A stretch of DNA of 64,000 nucleotides, from NCBI GenBank assembly GCA_903825575.1, contig CAIKAW010000031.1:131469-195468 (forward strand). Reading direction: 5' to 3'. The translations under genes and the position numbers were made by a program. Shown here in pieces: positions 53,725 through 64,000 of the stretch (position 1 is its first letter; each line of letters begins with the position of its first letter). The stretch comes from an uncultured bacterium (GTDB lineage: Bacteria > Actinomycetota > Actinomycetes > S36-B12 > CAIKAW01). The notes below the pieces were generated by a model. That model was not told where the DNA came from, searched no databases, and saw nothing but the letters and a program-made list of their open reading frames with translations.

Positions 53725-56700
53725 TTAGAGGGTTTGGGTGAATGTTTTGGATGCGTCGATTCCGGCGCCGGAGGTGTTGATGGCTCGAACTTGGATTTCG
53801 TAGGCGTGGGCCTTGGCGAGGGCGGTGTGCGTTGTGCTTAGCACCAGTTTGGTTGAGACCCAAGCAGACCAAGTGACACCACCGTTGCTGGACCAACGCA
53901 CCTGATAGGCGCTGACTGCTGAGCTACCAAGTGTTGACGGTGCCACCCAGGTCACTTTGGCGGTGCCGGCGGCCGGGAATGTGACAGCCAGCGTTCTGGG
54001 GGCGCTGGGGGTGCCAACAATGATCGAAGCTGACGCCGCTGACGCTATGCCGGTGCCAACAATATTGGTGGCTCTCACCGCGAAGATGTAGGCAACACCG
54101 TTGGTTAGCCCGGTAACGGTGCAAGTCAGGGCACTGGTGGTGCAAGTGTGCCCACCTGGGGTAGCTGTCACCGTGTACCCGGTGATTGTGCTGCCACCGG
54201 TTGTGGCAGGTGCTGCCCACGACACTACGGCCGAGAGACTACGAGAGCTGGCAATCACCGAACGCGGCGCTGAAGGCACGTCAATCACCAGCGTGGTGGC
54301 GTTACTTGTGGCTGACGCCGAACCAGTTCCGTTACGAACACTGATGATTACCTTCAAGTAGTGTCCGGCATCTGTTGCTGTCTGGACGTAGGTGGCTTTT
54401 GTCGCATACGCGACTGGAGCCCAAACGATTCCGTTAACCGAAGATTCCCACAGGTAAGAAACGGTAGGACGACCCGATAGACCGCTTGCCGTGGCAGTCA
54501 GCGTTGAACCTACTTTGGCCGAGCCGGTGATCGTTGCAGTCGTGATCGTCGCAGCAGCAGCCGCAGAATCCCCAGAGATCACCCAAGTGTTCGGTGCGTC
54601 AGTAAGGACCGTCCTGTCAGCAGTCCCCGTGGTGCTGTAAGCCAATCCAAGCGCACCTAACGTCACATTCGGTGTGAGCCACTGGGCAGCCCATCCATTC
54701 AGCGTTGAATCGTAATTATCGGCTGACAAACCAGAGTTATCCAACATGGTGGTCATGTCCGTTACCCGGCCAACCGACCAAGACCCCAAATCCTGATTAA
54801 ATGCCGCAGCCCCAGCAAACATGCCAGTCATCAGATTCGTACTGATCGTATTCCAACCCGAAAGCGGCTGATTGAAAGCGGTAGCGCCCGAAAACATGTG
54901 AGACATATCCGTCACATGTCGAGTAGTCCAAGAACCAATCGGCTGATTGAACGCCGAGGCAGCAGAAAACATCCCAGCCATATCATCCACTTTTGCCGTA
55001 TTCCACGACCCGATCAGTTGGTTGAAAGGCAGGTCGAGGTTGAACATATGGGACATATCTGTCACATTGCTCGTATTCCATGACCCGATCGGCTGATTGA
55101 ACGCCGATGCTCTGGCGAACATGGATCCCGTATTCGTGACCCTGCCGGTGTCCCACGATCCGACCGGCTGATTGAACACCGAAGCATCGGCGAACATGGC
55201 CCCCATGTCGGTGACATGGCTGGTATTCCAGGCCGCAAGCGCCTGGTTGAACGCAGTGGCTCCTTGGAACATGCCTGACATGGAGGCGACGTTGCTGGTG
55301 TTCCACAACCCGATCGGCTGATTGAAAGTCGAAGCACCCTGGAACATGCATGACATGTCAGCGACGTTGCTGGTATTCCACGATCCAATAGGCCTGTTGA
55401 ATACTGCGGCATCGCCGAACAGACTGCCCATGCCGGTGACGTTGGCAGTATTCCAAGAGCCCACCGGCTGATTGAATGCTGCGGCGCCTTGGAACATGAA
55501 GCCCAGATCGGTCACCTTGCTGATGTTCCATAAACCTACTGGTTGATTGAAGACATTCGTCCAGGCGAACATGCCGTTCATGCTCGTTACGCTGCTGGTG
55601 TCCCAGGCGCCGATGGGCTGATTGAAGTTAGTCGCCCCCCAAAACATGCTCGTCATATTGCTGACGTTTCCGGTCTTCCATGCACCAATTGGGTGGTTGA
55701 ACACGTCTTCTCCGGCGAACATGCCTGACATGTCCGTGACGTTGCTGGTATTCCATGATCCAATCGCTTGATCGAAAGGACGATCGGACCAGAACATGTC
55801 GCCCATCGTCGTAACGCTGCTGGTATCCCAACTGGATATGTCTTGATTGAACATCGAAGCCCTGAACATGCCGGACATGTTGATCACCTTGCTGGTATTC
55901 CATTTAGATATGTCCTGATTGAACGCCTGCTCATCTGCAAACATCAAGGACATATCAGTAACACTCGTGGTGTTCCAGTTGGAGATGTCCTGGTTGAACA
56001 CGGAAGCGCCATAGAACATGTAGCCCATGTTGCTGACGTTGCTCGTATCCCATGTCCCGATCGGCTGATTGAACATCGTGTCGTTGCCAAACATTAAGCT
56101 CATATTGGTCACGTTGGTGGTGATCCACGAGTTGATTGGATGATTGAACGTCCCCGCGTTATCACTTGCGAACATGGCCCCCATGTCAGTGACGTTGCTG
56201 GTGCTCCAGGCCGCAATTGGCTGGTCGAATAGATCGGCGTTGTAGAACATGGAGTTCATGTTGGTCACGTTCGACGTGTCCCAACCAGAGATGTCCTGAT
56301 TGAACACTGCAGCCCCGGAAAACATGCTGCCCATGTCTGAGACGCTGGCTGTACTCCACAACTCAATTGGCTGATTAAATGCGACAGCCCCGGTGAACAT
56401 CCCGTTCATGCTGTTGACGTGGCTCGTGTCCCATGTGCCAATCGGCTGATCAAAGATCGGGTCATAGGCGAACATGTTGCCCATGTCGGTGACGAGGCCC
56501 GTGTTCCAGCTCGTAATGTCCTGATTGAATGCCGCGGCACCCTGGAACATACCGTTCATCGTGGTCACTGCGCTTGTGTTCCAGACCCCAATAGGCTGAT
56601 CGAAGATTGGGTCATTGGTGAACATGTTGCTCATGTCGGTGACGAGGCCAGTGTTCCAACTTGTGATGTCCTGATTGAACACTGCAGCCCCTGAGAACAT

Positions 56701-58080
56701 GCCGCTCATCAAGGCTACCAGGGAAGTGTTCCAAGATCCGATCGGTTGATCGAACACAAGCGTGTTAGCGAACATCCCATTCATATCTGTGACGTTGCTG
56801 GTATTCCAAGATCCGATCGGTTGATCGAATGCGGAGGCAGTATCGAACATGCCACTCATGCTGGTCACGTTGCTGGTATTCCAAGATCCGATCGGTTGAT
56901 TGAACGCCGTAGCGGACTGAAACATCCAGTTCATGCTCGTTACCTGACTGGTATCCCAACTTGAGATGTCTTGATTGAAGAGCGGATCAGCGCACAGCAA
57001 ACAACTCATGTCGGTCACCTTGTTGGTGTTCCAGGTGCCGATCGGCTGATTGAATGCGGCCGCATTCCCCAATGCACCACTCATGTCGGTGACGTTGCTG
57101 GTATTCCACGCGCCGATCGGCTGATCAAAGGCGGCAGCCCCCCAGAATATGCTGTTGAGCGTAGTGACCTTACTGATGTCCCATGATCCAATTGGCTGGT
57201 TGAACACCGAGTCTTGTTCGAACATGCCGCTCATGTTCGTGACGTTCGCGGTATTCCACTGGCCGATCGGCTGATTGAAGGCCGTATCAGAAAAGAACAT
57301 GTTGCTCATATCCGTGACGTTGCTGGTGCTCCACCCGCCGATCGCTTGGTTGAAAGCAGTTGCACCTTGGAACATTGCGTTCATGGTGGTGACCTTGCTG
57401 GTGTCCCAAGCTCCGATCGGCTGATTGAACAAGGACCCAGTGGTCATGAATCCGTAGTCACTGTTGAACATGTTGCTCATGTCGGTGACTTTGCTCGTGT
57501 TCCAACTTCCAACAGGTTGGTTGAAAGTGTTGGCGTTCCAGAAGGTGCCGCTCATGTTGGTGACTTTGCTGGTGTTCCAACCACTGATGTTCTGGTTGAA
57601 CAGCAATGCGTGAGCGAAAGTGCAGGCCAGGTCGGTAACACCGATGGGCAGGCTAGACGGAACAGCGGTCAAGGTATTGGCCCCATAGAACGCTGAGTCC
57701 AAACTGGTCAAAGTGGCCGCAAAACTAGTCACTGCGGTGATCGTGTTCGCCCCAACATAGTCAACCAGTCCACAGGGCGTGTCAGAACCAAACCCGGTGA
57801 GATTAGTGCCATAAATATGCACCGTATGACTTCCCGTGACCGTATATACGTGCGCCTGCAAGCCGGCTGAGTTAAGTGGACCGGTGATGGTGCCATCACC
57901 CCAGTTGATGTTCATATTCGTCACGATGCCGGCTAACGGCATATCAACCTCAGTGCCTGTGGTCGTGATGTTCACCGACAACGACATGTCGGCCACGGAA
58001 GTAGCCGAAGCCGGAGCCGCCACACCAAGACCAACAAGAACCATGCCAGCAACGGCTACGGCAGAAGTTAAGCGACGCAT
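53725..58080 (-). CDS. Giant secreted DUF285/BspA-type repeat surface protein with C-terminal Ig-like and 2x FN3 domains
   Basis: I chose the start '[10 protein letters not shown]..' at 58080 by alignment with the paralog and RBS GGAG; the track start is 58107. About 38 units of '(F)(N/D)Q(P/D)I(G/S).W(N/D)TS.VT.M..MF' are present. The C-terminus has 'VSW.AP...GGS.I.GYTV' FN3 modules. Confidence 0.85.
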   Translation of the reverse strand: MRRLTSAVAVAGMVLVGLGVAAPASATSVADMSLSVNITTTGTEVDMPLAGIVTNMNINWGDGTITGPLNSAGLQAHVYTVTGSHTVHIYGTNLTGFGSDTPCGLVDYVGANTITAVTSFAATLTSLDSAFYGANTLTAVPSSLPIGVTDLACTFAHALLFNQNISGWNTSKVTNMSGTFWNANTFNQPVGSWNTSKVTDMSNMFNSDYGFMTTGSLFNQPIGAWDTSKVTTMNAMFQGATAFNQAIGGWSTSNVTDMSNMFFSDTAFNQPIGQWNTANVTNMSGMFEQDSVFNQPIGSWDISKVTTLNSIFWGAAAFDQPIGAWNTSNVTDMSGALGNAAAFNQPIGTWNTNKVTDMSCLLCADPLFNQDISSWDTSQVTSMNWMFQSATAFNQPIGSWNTSNVTSMSGMFDTASAFDQPIGSWNTSNVTDMNGMFANTLVFDQPIGSWNTSLVALMSGMFSGAAVFNQDITSWNTGLVTDMSNMFTNDPIFDQPIGVWNTSAVTTMNGMFQGAAAFNQDITSWNTGLVTDMGNMFAYDPIFDQPIGTWDTSHVNSMNGMFTGAVAFNQPIELWSTASVSDMGSMFSGAAVFNQDISGWDTSNVTNMNSMFYNADLFDQPIAAWSTSNVTDMGAMFASDNAGTFNHPINSWITTNVTNMSLMFGNDTMFNQPIGTWDTSNVSNMGYMFYGASVFNQDISNWNTTSVTDMSLMFADEQAFNQDISKWNTSKVINMSGMFRASMFNQDISSWDTSSVTTMGDMFWSDRPFDQAIGSWNTSNVTDMSGMFAGEDVFNHPIGAWKTGNVSNMTSMFWGATNFNQPIGAWDTSSVTSMNGMFAWTNVFNQPVGLWNISKVTDLGFMFQGAAAFNQPVGSWNTANVTGMGSLFGDAAVFNRPIGSWNTSNVADMSCMFQGASTFNQPIGLWNTSNVASMSGMFQGATAFNQALAAWNTSHVTDMGAMFADASVFNQPVGSWDTGRVTNTGSMFARASAFNQPIGSWNTSNVTDMSHMFNLDLPFNQLIGSWNTAKVDDMAGMFSAASAFNQPIGSWTTRHVTDMSHMFSGATAFNQPLSGWNTISTNLMTGMFAGAAAFNQDLGSWSVGRVTDMTTMLDNSGLSADNYDSTLNGWAAQWLTPNVTLGALGLAYSTTGTADRTVLTDAPNTWVISGDSAAAAATITTATITGSAKVGSTLTATASGLSGRPTVSYLWESSVNGIVWAPVAYATKATYVQTATDAGHYLKVIISVRNGTGSASATSNATTLVIDVPSAPRSVIASSRSLSAVVSWAAPATTGGSTITGYTVTATPGGHTCTTSALTCTVTGLTNGVAYIFAVRATNIVGTGIASAASASIIVGTPSAPRTLAVTFPAAGTAKVTWVAPSTLGSSAVSAYQVRWSSNGGVTWSAWVSTKLVLSTTHTALAKAHAYEIQVRAINTSGAGIDASKTFTQTL
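54727..57735 (-). repeat. About 3 kb of in-frame tandem DUF285-type repeats (units about 75-81 bp, about 38 copies)
   Basis: DNA words such as 'ccgatcggctgattgaa' and 'gtgacgttgctggtattcca' recur many times at a period of about 78 bp. Confidence 0.9.
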
Positions 58081-58136
58081 CAAATACTCCAGAACTTGAA
58101 GGACCATCAGGAGACGAACCGTGCAGAACCTGCGTG

Positions 58137-60095
58137 CTACTTGGTTTGGGTGAAGGACTTCGTGGTTACAACCCCAGCACCCGAGTGATTGATGGCCCGA
58201 ACCTGAACCTGATAGCCGTGACGCTTAGTGAGGGCGCTGCGAGTAGCGCTTCGGATGAGGCGAGTTGATACCCAGGCTGACCAAGCCACCCCGCTGTTGC
58301 TGGACCAGCGCACCTGATATGAGGTAACGGCGCCACTGCCGAGGGATGCCGGAGCGCTCCACGTGACTTTGGCCTGATGGGTCGCCGGGAAGGTTATTGC
58401 CAGCGACCTGGGACTAGACGCCGTACCAGCGATGATCGCTGCGGACTTGGCTGACACCGAACTGGTACCGGCAGCGTTCGTTGCTTTCACCGTGAACGTG
58501 TATAGATGGGCGTTAACCAACCCGGTCACAGTGCACAAGCGAACACCGGTGGTATGGCAAGTGCGCCCGCCAGGAGCGGCCGTGACGGTGTAGCCGGAGA
58601 TTGCGCTGCCACCATCTGCAGCCGACGCCAGCCACGACACAACGGCAGCACCACTGCGCGCACTTGCGGTTACCGCCCTCGGCGCTGATGGCGCTTCAAT
58701 GACTCGCGTCGCAGTTACCGCCGACGCAGAGACCGAACCTGCGGCATTGCCATTCCCGGCTGTGATAGTGACTTGCAAGAGATTCCCGAAATCTGCCTGC
58801 AGGACCGAATAGGTGGAACTGGTCGCATAGGCAATTGGATTCCATGTGCTGCCATCAGCAGAAGAAGCCCACTGGTAAGTAACGGTAGGACGTCCGGCCA
58901 AGCCGATTGGGGCCGAAGTTAGGGTGGCGCCGACCTTGACCATTCCTGCGAGCGACGCACTCGTAATCCCGGCATCAGCTGCCAGGGCATCACCGGTGAT
59001 GCTCCAAGTATTCGGTGCGCCGGTCAGCAGATTTCGATCGGTAAGCCCTGTCGAGCTGTAGGTCAAACCAGCGGCACCTAGAGGAACGCTCGGCAGGAGC
59101 CGCTGAGCAGCCCAACCGTTCAACGCTAGGTCGTAATGATCAGAGGACAAGCCTGAGTTATTCAACATGCCGGCCATCGTCGTGACGCGCCCGACCGCAA
59201 AGCCACTCAAATCTTGATCAAATGCTGCGGCCCCATCGAACAATCCCGCCATATTTGTTACCCGAATAGTGTTCCAGCCAAGTAGCGGCTGATTGAACGA
59301 CGTGGCCCTAGTGAACATCAGCCACATCGAGGTGACGTGGCTGGTGTTCCACGATCCGATTGGCTGATTGAACGTGGAAGCGATGGCAAACATGCCGAGC
59401 ATGCTGGTGACGTTGCCGGTATTCCAAGACCCAATCGGTTGATTGAACGCCGGGTCCGACAACATCCATGCCATATCAGTGACGTTGCCGGTGTCCCAGT
59501 TTCCGATTGGCTGATTGAAGATCGTCAGATGATTGTCGGATTCGAACATCCCTGCCATGTTGGTAACGTTGTTGGTGATCCAACCGCTGATGTTCTGATT
59601 GAACTTCGAAGCATCAGCGAACGTACATGCCAAGTCGCTGACTCCGACCGGCAAACTGGTGGGAACCGAAACCAAATTCATGGCGCCGTAGAAGGCTGAG
59701 TCCAAGCTGGTCAAAGTGCTCGCGAAACTTGCTACCGCTGTGATCGTGTCAGCCCCAATGTAGTCACCGAGGCCGCAAACTGTGGTGTCGGAACCGAATC
59801 CGGTGAGCAGGTCCCCGTAGATATGAACCGTGTGGTCGCCAAGGGCCGTATAGGTATGGGATTTCAACCCAGCAGTGCTAAACGGGCCATTATCGACACT
59901 GGTGGTGCCATCACCCCAGTTAATGCTCATGTTCGTAACCGTGCCAGCCAGCGGCATATTCACCGTCGTTGGATTGGTTGTGATGTGCACGGTCAACGAC
60001 ATGTCGGCCACCGAAGTAGCCGAGGCCGGGGCGGCGATACCTAGACCGGCAAGGGCCAAGGCGATAACGGCCAGGGCAGAAGTTGAACGACGCAT
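58137..60095 (-). CDS. Shorter paralog of the DUF285/BspA-type surface protein (about 6 repeats) with the same N- and C-terminal architecture
   Basis: The N-terminus '[10 protein letters not shown]...[20 protein letters not shown]' is nearly identical to the larger paralog. It has the same Ig-like plus 2x FN3 tail. The repeats span about 59151-59708. Confidence 0.85.
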   Translation of the reverse strand: MRRSTSALAVIALALAGLGIAAPASATSVADMSLTVHITTNPTTVNMPLAGTVTNMSINWGDGTTSVDNGPFSTAGLKSHTYTALGDHTVHIYGDLLTGFGSDTTVCGLGDYIGADTITAVASFASTLTSLDSAFYGAMNLVSVPTSLPVGVSDLACTFADASKFNQNISGWITNNVTNMAGMFESDNHLTIFNQPIGNWDTGNVTDMAWMLSDPAFNQPIGSWNTGNVTSMLGMFAIASTFNQPIGSWNTSHVTSMWLMFTRATSFNQPLLGWNTIRVTNMAGLFDGAAAFDQDLSGFAVGRVTTMAGMLNNSGLSSDHYDLALNGWAAQRLLPSVPLGAAGLTYSSTGLTDRNLLTGAPNTWSITGDALAADAGITSASLAGMVKVGATLTSAPIGLAGRPTVTYQWASSADGSTWNPIAYATSSTYSVLQADFGNLLQVTITAGNGNAAGSVSASAVTATRVIEAPSAPRAVTASARSGAAVVSWLASAADGGSAISGYTVTAAPGGRTCHTTGVRLCTVTGLVNAHLYTFTVKATNAAGTSSVSAKSAAIIAGTASSPRSLAITFPATHQAKVTWSAPASLGSGAVTSYQVRWSSNSGVAWSAWVSTRLIRSATRSALTKRHGYQVQVRAINHSGAGVVTTKSFTQTK

Positions 60096-60555
60096 GAATT
60101 ACTCCAAAACTTGTAGGACAGGTCAGGAACCGTGCCGTGTTGAAAGGGACGAGTCGATATCGACTGCATCGCAGATGGAAACAGGTTAGGGAACAGCGGA
60201 AGAAACAGATAGGAACGCCATCAGCAGACAAGAGCAAAACGGCCCAAATCAACGATTGAAACCACCTTGCAACTCAACAGACACTGCATGGCCACGATCC
60301 AGGGAACCTAGTAACTATCGGGTACAGGTCGGCGCCATTAGTTGCCATCCCAAGGTCGGCGTCTGACTGGTCGCCGAGCATATGGACGAAGGAATCAGCG
60401 GCGCCGGGCGAGACCGCCCCGCCTTTTGGCGTGGCTCTCAGACGCCCGCTACAGGCGGGTAGACCACTTGCAGTCGCGGCACGGAGACAGGATGTTCACC
60501 GAGAGGGCGTCAACGCTGCCGCGCTCGTCCGTGAGCCCGTTCGTTTCCTTGACTG

Positions 60556-60801
60556 TCACACGCACACCACACACGCTGAAATGACGAGCGAATCGGTTCC
60601 CCCCGCTACCCGTTCCAGATCGGCGTCCGACAGGTCGCCGTCCGACGTTGCAGCCGCAAGCTCGCTGGCGGTGACGTTGAAGCCGTGCTCGGCCGCGATC
60701 CACTGGGCGTCCTCCGCCGACGCGGCTGCGGTGAGCGCTGCGGCGAAGGCGGGGTCGCTGGCGAGTCGCGCGATGATTACGTCGAGGTGGTCCTGGGACA
60801 T
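60556..60801 (-). CDS. Nif11-type leader RiPP precursor peptide (81 aa) with a double-glycine site and a Cys/Ser/Thr-rich 13-aa core
   Basis: 'MSQDHLDVIIARLASDPAFAAALTAAASAEDAQWIAAEHGFNVTASELAAA....LSDADLERVAGG' matches the Nif11-like leader pattern ending in GG. The core is 'TDSLVISACVVCV'. RBS GGAGG lies 5 nt upstream of the ATG. Confidence 0.75.
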   Translation of the reverse strand: MSQDHLDVIIARLASDPAFAAALTAAASAEDAQWIAAEHGFNVTASELAAATSDGDLSDADLERVAGGTDSLVISACVVCV

Positions 60802-61086
60802 GGTGCCTCCGGTGTTCTAGCTGGACAGGGCTGGTCGGTCTCAACGGCCATCACTGTTTCCTCGACGAGGTGCTCTCAGCCGTGACCTCCCGGCACCCTG
60901 AGACGCACGTTCGGGCCGGCGTCGCGACCCCCGGCCGGTGAGCCGAAGGTCGCCGCTGTCGAACGGGATCTAGCCGAGTTGCCCCTGATCTGCCAGCCAG
61001 ATACAACTGGCACGAAAGCTGGCACACTTTTCGATTCGTATTTTTGTTCGATCGGTGAAACTGCCATTCACCTGCGACGATATGGG

Positions 61087-61160
<74 letters not shown>

Positions 61161-61207
61161 CGACCGGAGTTAACCCGGACGACTGCGAAACCCTATCCCA
61201 CGAGGCG

Positions 61208-62713
61208 TCAGCGGCCGCGGCCCGCGCCCTTGCCACGCTTTTCGCGCACCCGAAGTTGAATACGAATCGGGGAACCCTCGAAACTGAACTCCTCGCGCAG
61301 TCGCCGTTCGATGAAACGGCGATAGCCGGCCTCAATGAACCCGGTGGTGAAGAGCACAAAAGTTGGTGGGCGGACGGTGGCCTGAGTTGCGAACAAGATC
61401 CGGGGCTGACGGCCACCACGAATCGGGTGCGGGTGCGCGGCAACCAGGTCACGAATAAAGGTATTCAGTCGCCCGGTGGAGATGCGAGTTTCCCAACCAG
61501 CCAGGGCCGCCACCAAGGCAGGTGCGAGTCTGTCGGCATGCCGACCGGTCAACGCCGAGATATTCACGCGCGGAGCCCAAGAAACCTGGCCAAGGTCAAG
61601 TTCAATTTCGCGCTCTAGATATTTGCGGCGCTCGTCATCGACCAAGTCCCACTTATTGAATGCAAGGACCAGCGCGCGCCCAGACTCAACGACCATCGTC
61701 AAGATTCGAGTGTCTTGTTCGGACAACACTTCGTTGGATTCGAGCAGTACGACGGCTACCTCTGCCTTGTCGAGAGCTGATCGGGTACGCAGGGACGCGT
61801 AGAACTCATGCCCGCTCGCCTCGTGCACGCGACGCCGGATGCCGGCGGTGTCAACGAACCACCACGTCTGTCCGCCTACGCTAATGAGTTCATCGACTGG
61901 GTCGACTGTCGTACCTGCGACGGAGTCAACCACGACGCGGGAATCCCCCGCCAATCTGTTTAACAAACTGGATTTGCCGACGTTGGGACGACCAAGCAGG
62001 GCCACGCGGCGAGGACCAGGCGGGCGATGCGCGCCCTTGCCTTCAAGCGGCAGCACCGCAAGCACTGCATCAAGCAGGTCGCCACTTCCCCGGCCATGCA
62101 ACGCCGAAACGGCATACGGTTCGCCAAGGCCTAGGGACCACAGGGCGGCAGCATCAGCTTCGGTGCGGGCGTCATCAACCTTGTTCGCCACGAGCAGCAC
62201 CGGAATACCGGCACCGCGCAATACGCGAATGAACTGCTCTTCGGTGTTCGTCGCCCCAACGCTTGCATCGACGATCAGCAACGCAACATCAGCGTCACGG
62301 ACTGCACGTTCGGCCTGTTCCTTGATCTGGGCGGCCATTCCGCGCGCGTCGCGCTCCCAGCCTCCGGTGTCGAGCAAAAGGAAGTCCCGGCCGTTCCAAG
62401 ATGCCTGATAGGTCACGCGGTCGCGGGTTACACCAGGCACGTCTTCGACGACAGCTTCGCGTCGACCCAAGATGCGGTTTACCAACGTCGACTTGCCCAC
62501 GTTGGGCCGGCCGATAACTGCGACGACTGGCAACACCACTTCGGGCTCGCCCAACTCGGCGATCTCAGCCGCGAACTCGCCAAACTCGGTTAGCGCCGCC
62601 AACTGGGCAGCAGCCTCGTCCTCGAGTTCGTCGTCATCGGCTGCCCAATCGGCAACGTCAATATCGGAGACGTCAACTTCGACCCATCCCTCATCGTTCG
62701 GGCCGTCGGTCAT
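61208..62713 (-). CDS. der: Ribosome biogenesis GTPase Der (EngA), with an acidic N-terminal extension
   Basis: Two GTPase domains ('[12 protein letters not shown]', '[12 protein letters not shown]', 'DTGG/DTAG', 'NKVD/NKWD') and a KH-like C-terminus. Confidence 0.95.
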   Translation of the reverse strand: MTDGPNDEGWVEVDVSDIDVADWAADDDELEDEAAAQLAALTEFGEFAAEIAELGEPEVVLPVVAVIGRPNVGKSTLVNRILGRREAVVEDVPGVTRDRVTYQASWNGRDFLLLDTGGWERDARGMAAQIKEQAERAVRDADVALLIVDASVGATNTEEQFIRVLRGAGIPVLLVANKVDDARTEADAAALWSLGLGEPYAVSALHGRGSGDLLDAVLAVLPLEGKGAHRPPGPRRVALLGRPNVGKSSLLNRLAGDSRVVVDSVAGTTVDPVDELISVGGQTWWFVDTAGIRRRVHEASGHEFYASLRTRSALDKAEVAVVLLESNEVLSEQDTRILTMVVESGRALVLAFNKWDLVDDERRKYLEREIELDLGQVSWAPRVNISALTGRHADRLAPALVAALAGWETRISTGRLNTFIRDLVAAHPHPIRGGRQPRILFATQATVRPPTFVLFTTGFIEAGYRRFIERRLREEFSFEGSPIRIQLRVREKRGKGAGRGR

Positions 62714-62722
62714 CAGATCTCC

Positions 62723-63397
62723 CTAGTCAAGCCCGAGATCATCCTCGGGCAACGTCCGTCCAATACGAGCCATTGCTTGTTGCACCTCATCGGCCAGTCG
62801 GGATTGGATCTCCCCCGCGCTCAAGGCCATCTCAGAGCGGCGATGCCAATCTCGTGGTTCAGGAACGAAAGGCACGCCGAACACCACGTCGAGTCTACTG
62901 CCCGGAAGAGGCAGCGAATTCTTCCCTTGTCCCGTCCTCCTGGTGCCAAAGAGCGTCAAGGGGACGACTGTGGCTCCCGAACGCAGTGCAAGGTAGGAAA
63001 TACCTGAGCGCATGGTTGCGATCCGTCCGCCACCTCGGTGCCCCTCAGGAAACAGGCCGAGGACTCCACCACGGTCAAGCACGGCTAACGAGGCCAGAAT
63101 CGCCTTTCGGTCTGCTTGGTCATACTCAATCGGGATCAGGCCACCCCACCGCAAGATGTTGTCGATGACCGGCACGAAGATTCCGCTCTTGGCAACGGTG
63201 AAGATCGGTCGTGGGCTGGCGGCGATTATCAGTGCCCCGTCGAGAGCTCCGATGTGGTTGGCCGCCAAGATCACAGGACCGGTGGCTGGCACCAGGTTTG
63301 CGTTCAACACATTCAGTCGGTACGCCAACCGAAGAGCCCCGGCACAGATAAACCGGCCGGTGGCGGCTCCGGTGTCAGTGCCGTAAATCTCGGGCAT
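62723..63397 (-). CDS. 1-acyl-sn-glycerol-3-phosphate acyltransferase family (PlsC-like)
   Basis: HX4D motif 'NHIGALDG' and 'FPEGHRG'. Length is 224 aa. Confidence 0.8.
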   Translation of the reverse strand: MPEIYGTDTGAATGRFICAGALRLAYRLNVLNANLVPATGPVILAANHIGALDGALIIAASPRPIFTVAKSGIFVPVIDNILRWGGLIPIEYDQADRKAILASLAVLDRGGVLGLFPEGHRGGGRIATMRSGISYLALRSGATVVPLTLFGTRRTGQGKNSLPLPGSRLDVVFGVPFVPEPRDWHRRSEMALSAGEIQSRLADEVQQAMARIGRTLPEDDLGLD

Positions 63398-64000
63398 CGG
63401 CCAATTCCAGAATCAGACCTACAACGTCCTCGATGCCAAGTTCGGTCGCATCGATCACGACGGCGTCTTCGGCCTTCAATAACGGGGACGCTGCCCGAGT
63501 TGTATCAATGGCGTCTCGATCGGTGATCGAAGACATTGCGCCGGCAGCATCAACTGCGCTGCCCCGCTCGACTTCTTCACGGTGGCGCCGCTCAGCGCGA
63601 ACATCGACATCGGCGGTTAGGAAGATCTTCACATCAGCATCTGGCAGGACGACTCGACCAATGTCGCGGCCTTCGACCACGATCCCAAAACCAGTTCCGA
63701 TCGCATCCGCGACGGCAGTGCGCTGCAACTCGACCAGCCGGGCGCGCAATTCCGGTACGGCGCTGACGTAGGAAACAGCGGCGGTCACATCGGCTTCTCG
63801 GATGCGCGAACCTACGTCGACCCCATCGAGGCGAATGCTCGGCTGCTGCGGATCAGTATCCATTTCCAGCAGTGGGATGCCGACGCTTAGTCGCACTTGG
63901 TCTGGGTCATGCACATCGACATCGTGCTGAAGAAACCACAGCGTTGCAGCGCGGTACATCGCACCGGTGTCGAGATACCTCGCGCCGAGTCGTCGCGCGA
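63375..64000 (-). CDS. cmk: Cytidylate kinase (Cmk), N-terminus outside the window
   Basis: 'YRAATL', 'GRDIGRVVLPDADVKIFLTA..ERRHRE' and 'RD..D..R..SPL..A.DA..ID' are Cmk signatures. The frame stays open to the window edge. cmk...der linkage is typical of actinobacteria. Confidence 0.85.
   Translation of the reverse strand, partial: ARRLGARYLDTGAMYRAATLWFLQHDVDVHDPDQVRLSVGIPLLEMDTDPQQPSIRLDGVDVGSRIREADVTAAVSYVSAVPELRARLVELQRTAVADAIGTGFGIVVEGRDIGRVVLPDADVKIFLTADVDVRAERRHREEVERGSAVDAAGAMSSITDRDAIDTTRAASPLLKAEDAVVIDATELGIEDVVGLILELADARDLRH

Noticed and set aside
54898-57696. A series of plus-strand ORFs with periodic '...RLIE...EHV.H..DV.G.P' motifs. I also considered that the regular repeats of about 78 bp might be a CRISPR-like array.
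   Set aside because: The ORFs are the antisense reading of the DUF285 repeat array. The repeats are contiguous with no unique spacers, maintain one long minus-strand reading frame, and encode a known protein repeat.
58081-58107. Track start codon at 58107 for the large DUF285 gene (MVLQVLEYL...)
   Set aside because: The paralog alignment shows both proteins begin at 'MRR(L/S)TSA'. The ATG at 58080 has the conserved TGGAGTA RBS, and the extra nine codons fall in the conserved leader.
60253-60272. 'GATTGAAACCACCTTGCAAC' loosely resembles the tRNA-Pro T-arm/3' segment 'GATTCGAACCCACGACCCCTTGAC', so it could be an att-type direct repeat bounding an islet.
   Set aside because: The match needs several gaps and mismatches and is indistinguishable from chance by eye. 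No integrase gene or remnant is visible.
60274-60381. 35-codon minus-strand ORF downstream of the precursor, MLGDQSDADLGMATNGADLYPIVTRFPGSWPCSVC. Its C-x-V-C ending loosely echoes the core 'ACVVCV'.
   Set aside because: It has no Shine-Dalgarno upstream and no leader-like region or GG site. An ORF this short is expected by chance in this composition. It is worth re-checking only if a modifying enzyme is found.
60431-60844. 129-aa (+) and 131-aa (-) ORFs covering the Nif11 precursor locus
   Set aside because: Both are Arg/Ala/Pro-rich with no motifs. The 81-aa frame has a strong RBS and a recognisable leader/GG/core organisation.

Overview
A 64-kb chromosomal segment from a high-GC Gram-positive bacterium (Actinomycetota). 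Hand counts over 60-nt stretches give roughly 55-62% GC. The backbone is housekeeping DNA with strikingly mycobacteria-like synteny: tatC/helY/5'-3' exonuclease/pepE; lnt-ppm1-rbpA; gcvP with a tandem glycine riboswitch, then merR, a DUF151 nuclease, merR, garA, gcvH and pgsA; and cmk-plsC-der next to tRNA-Pro. Several accessory modules sit between these blocks. (1) A lysine-fermentation-type cluster: kamA, kdd, kamDE, kal. (2) A YjjI/YjjW glycyl-radical enzyme pair. (3) A cobalamin riboswitch controlling two secreted proteins. (4) A partial myo-inositol catabolic cluster: iolC-iolJ fusion, iolB, iolD, transaldolase. (5) A roughly 12-kb same-strand exopolysaccharide locus. It combines a PelF-type glycosyltransferase with homologues of the fungal galactosaminogalactan toolkit: Sph3/GH135, an Agd3-like deacetylase, two Ega3/GH114 hydrolases and epimerases. 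(6) Two tandem paralogous surface proteins built from DUF285/BspA-type repeats, about 38 versus about 6 units. (7) An orphan 81-aa Nif11-type RiPP precursor in a GC-rich patch beside tRNA-Pro. I rank the hybrid Pel/GAG-like locus and the orphan Nif11 precursor as the most interesting. All functional calls come from reading motifs and gene order by eye; no database search was run. Many long antisense or alternate-frame ORFs in the supplied track are high-GC artefacts and were not called.
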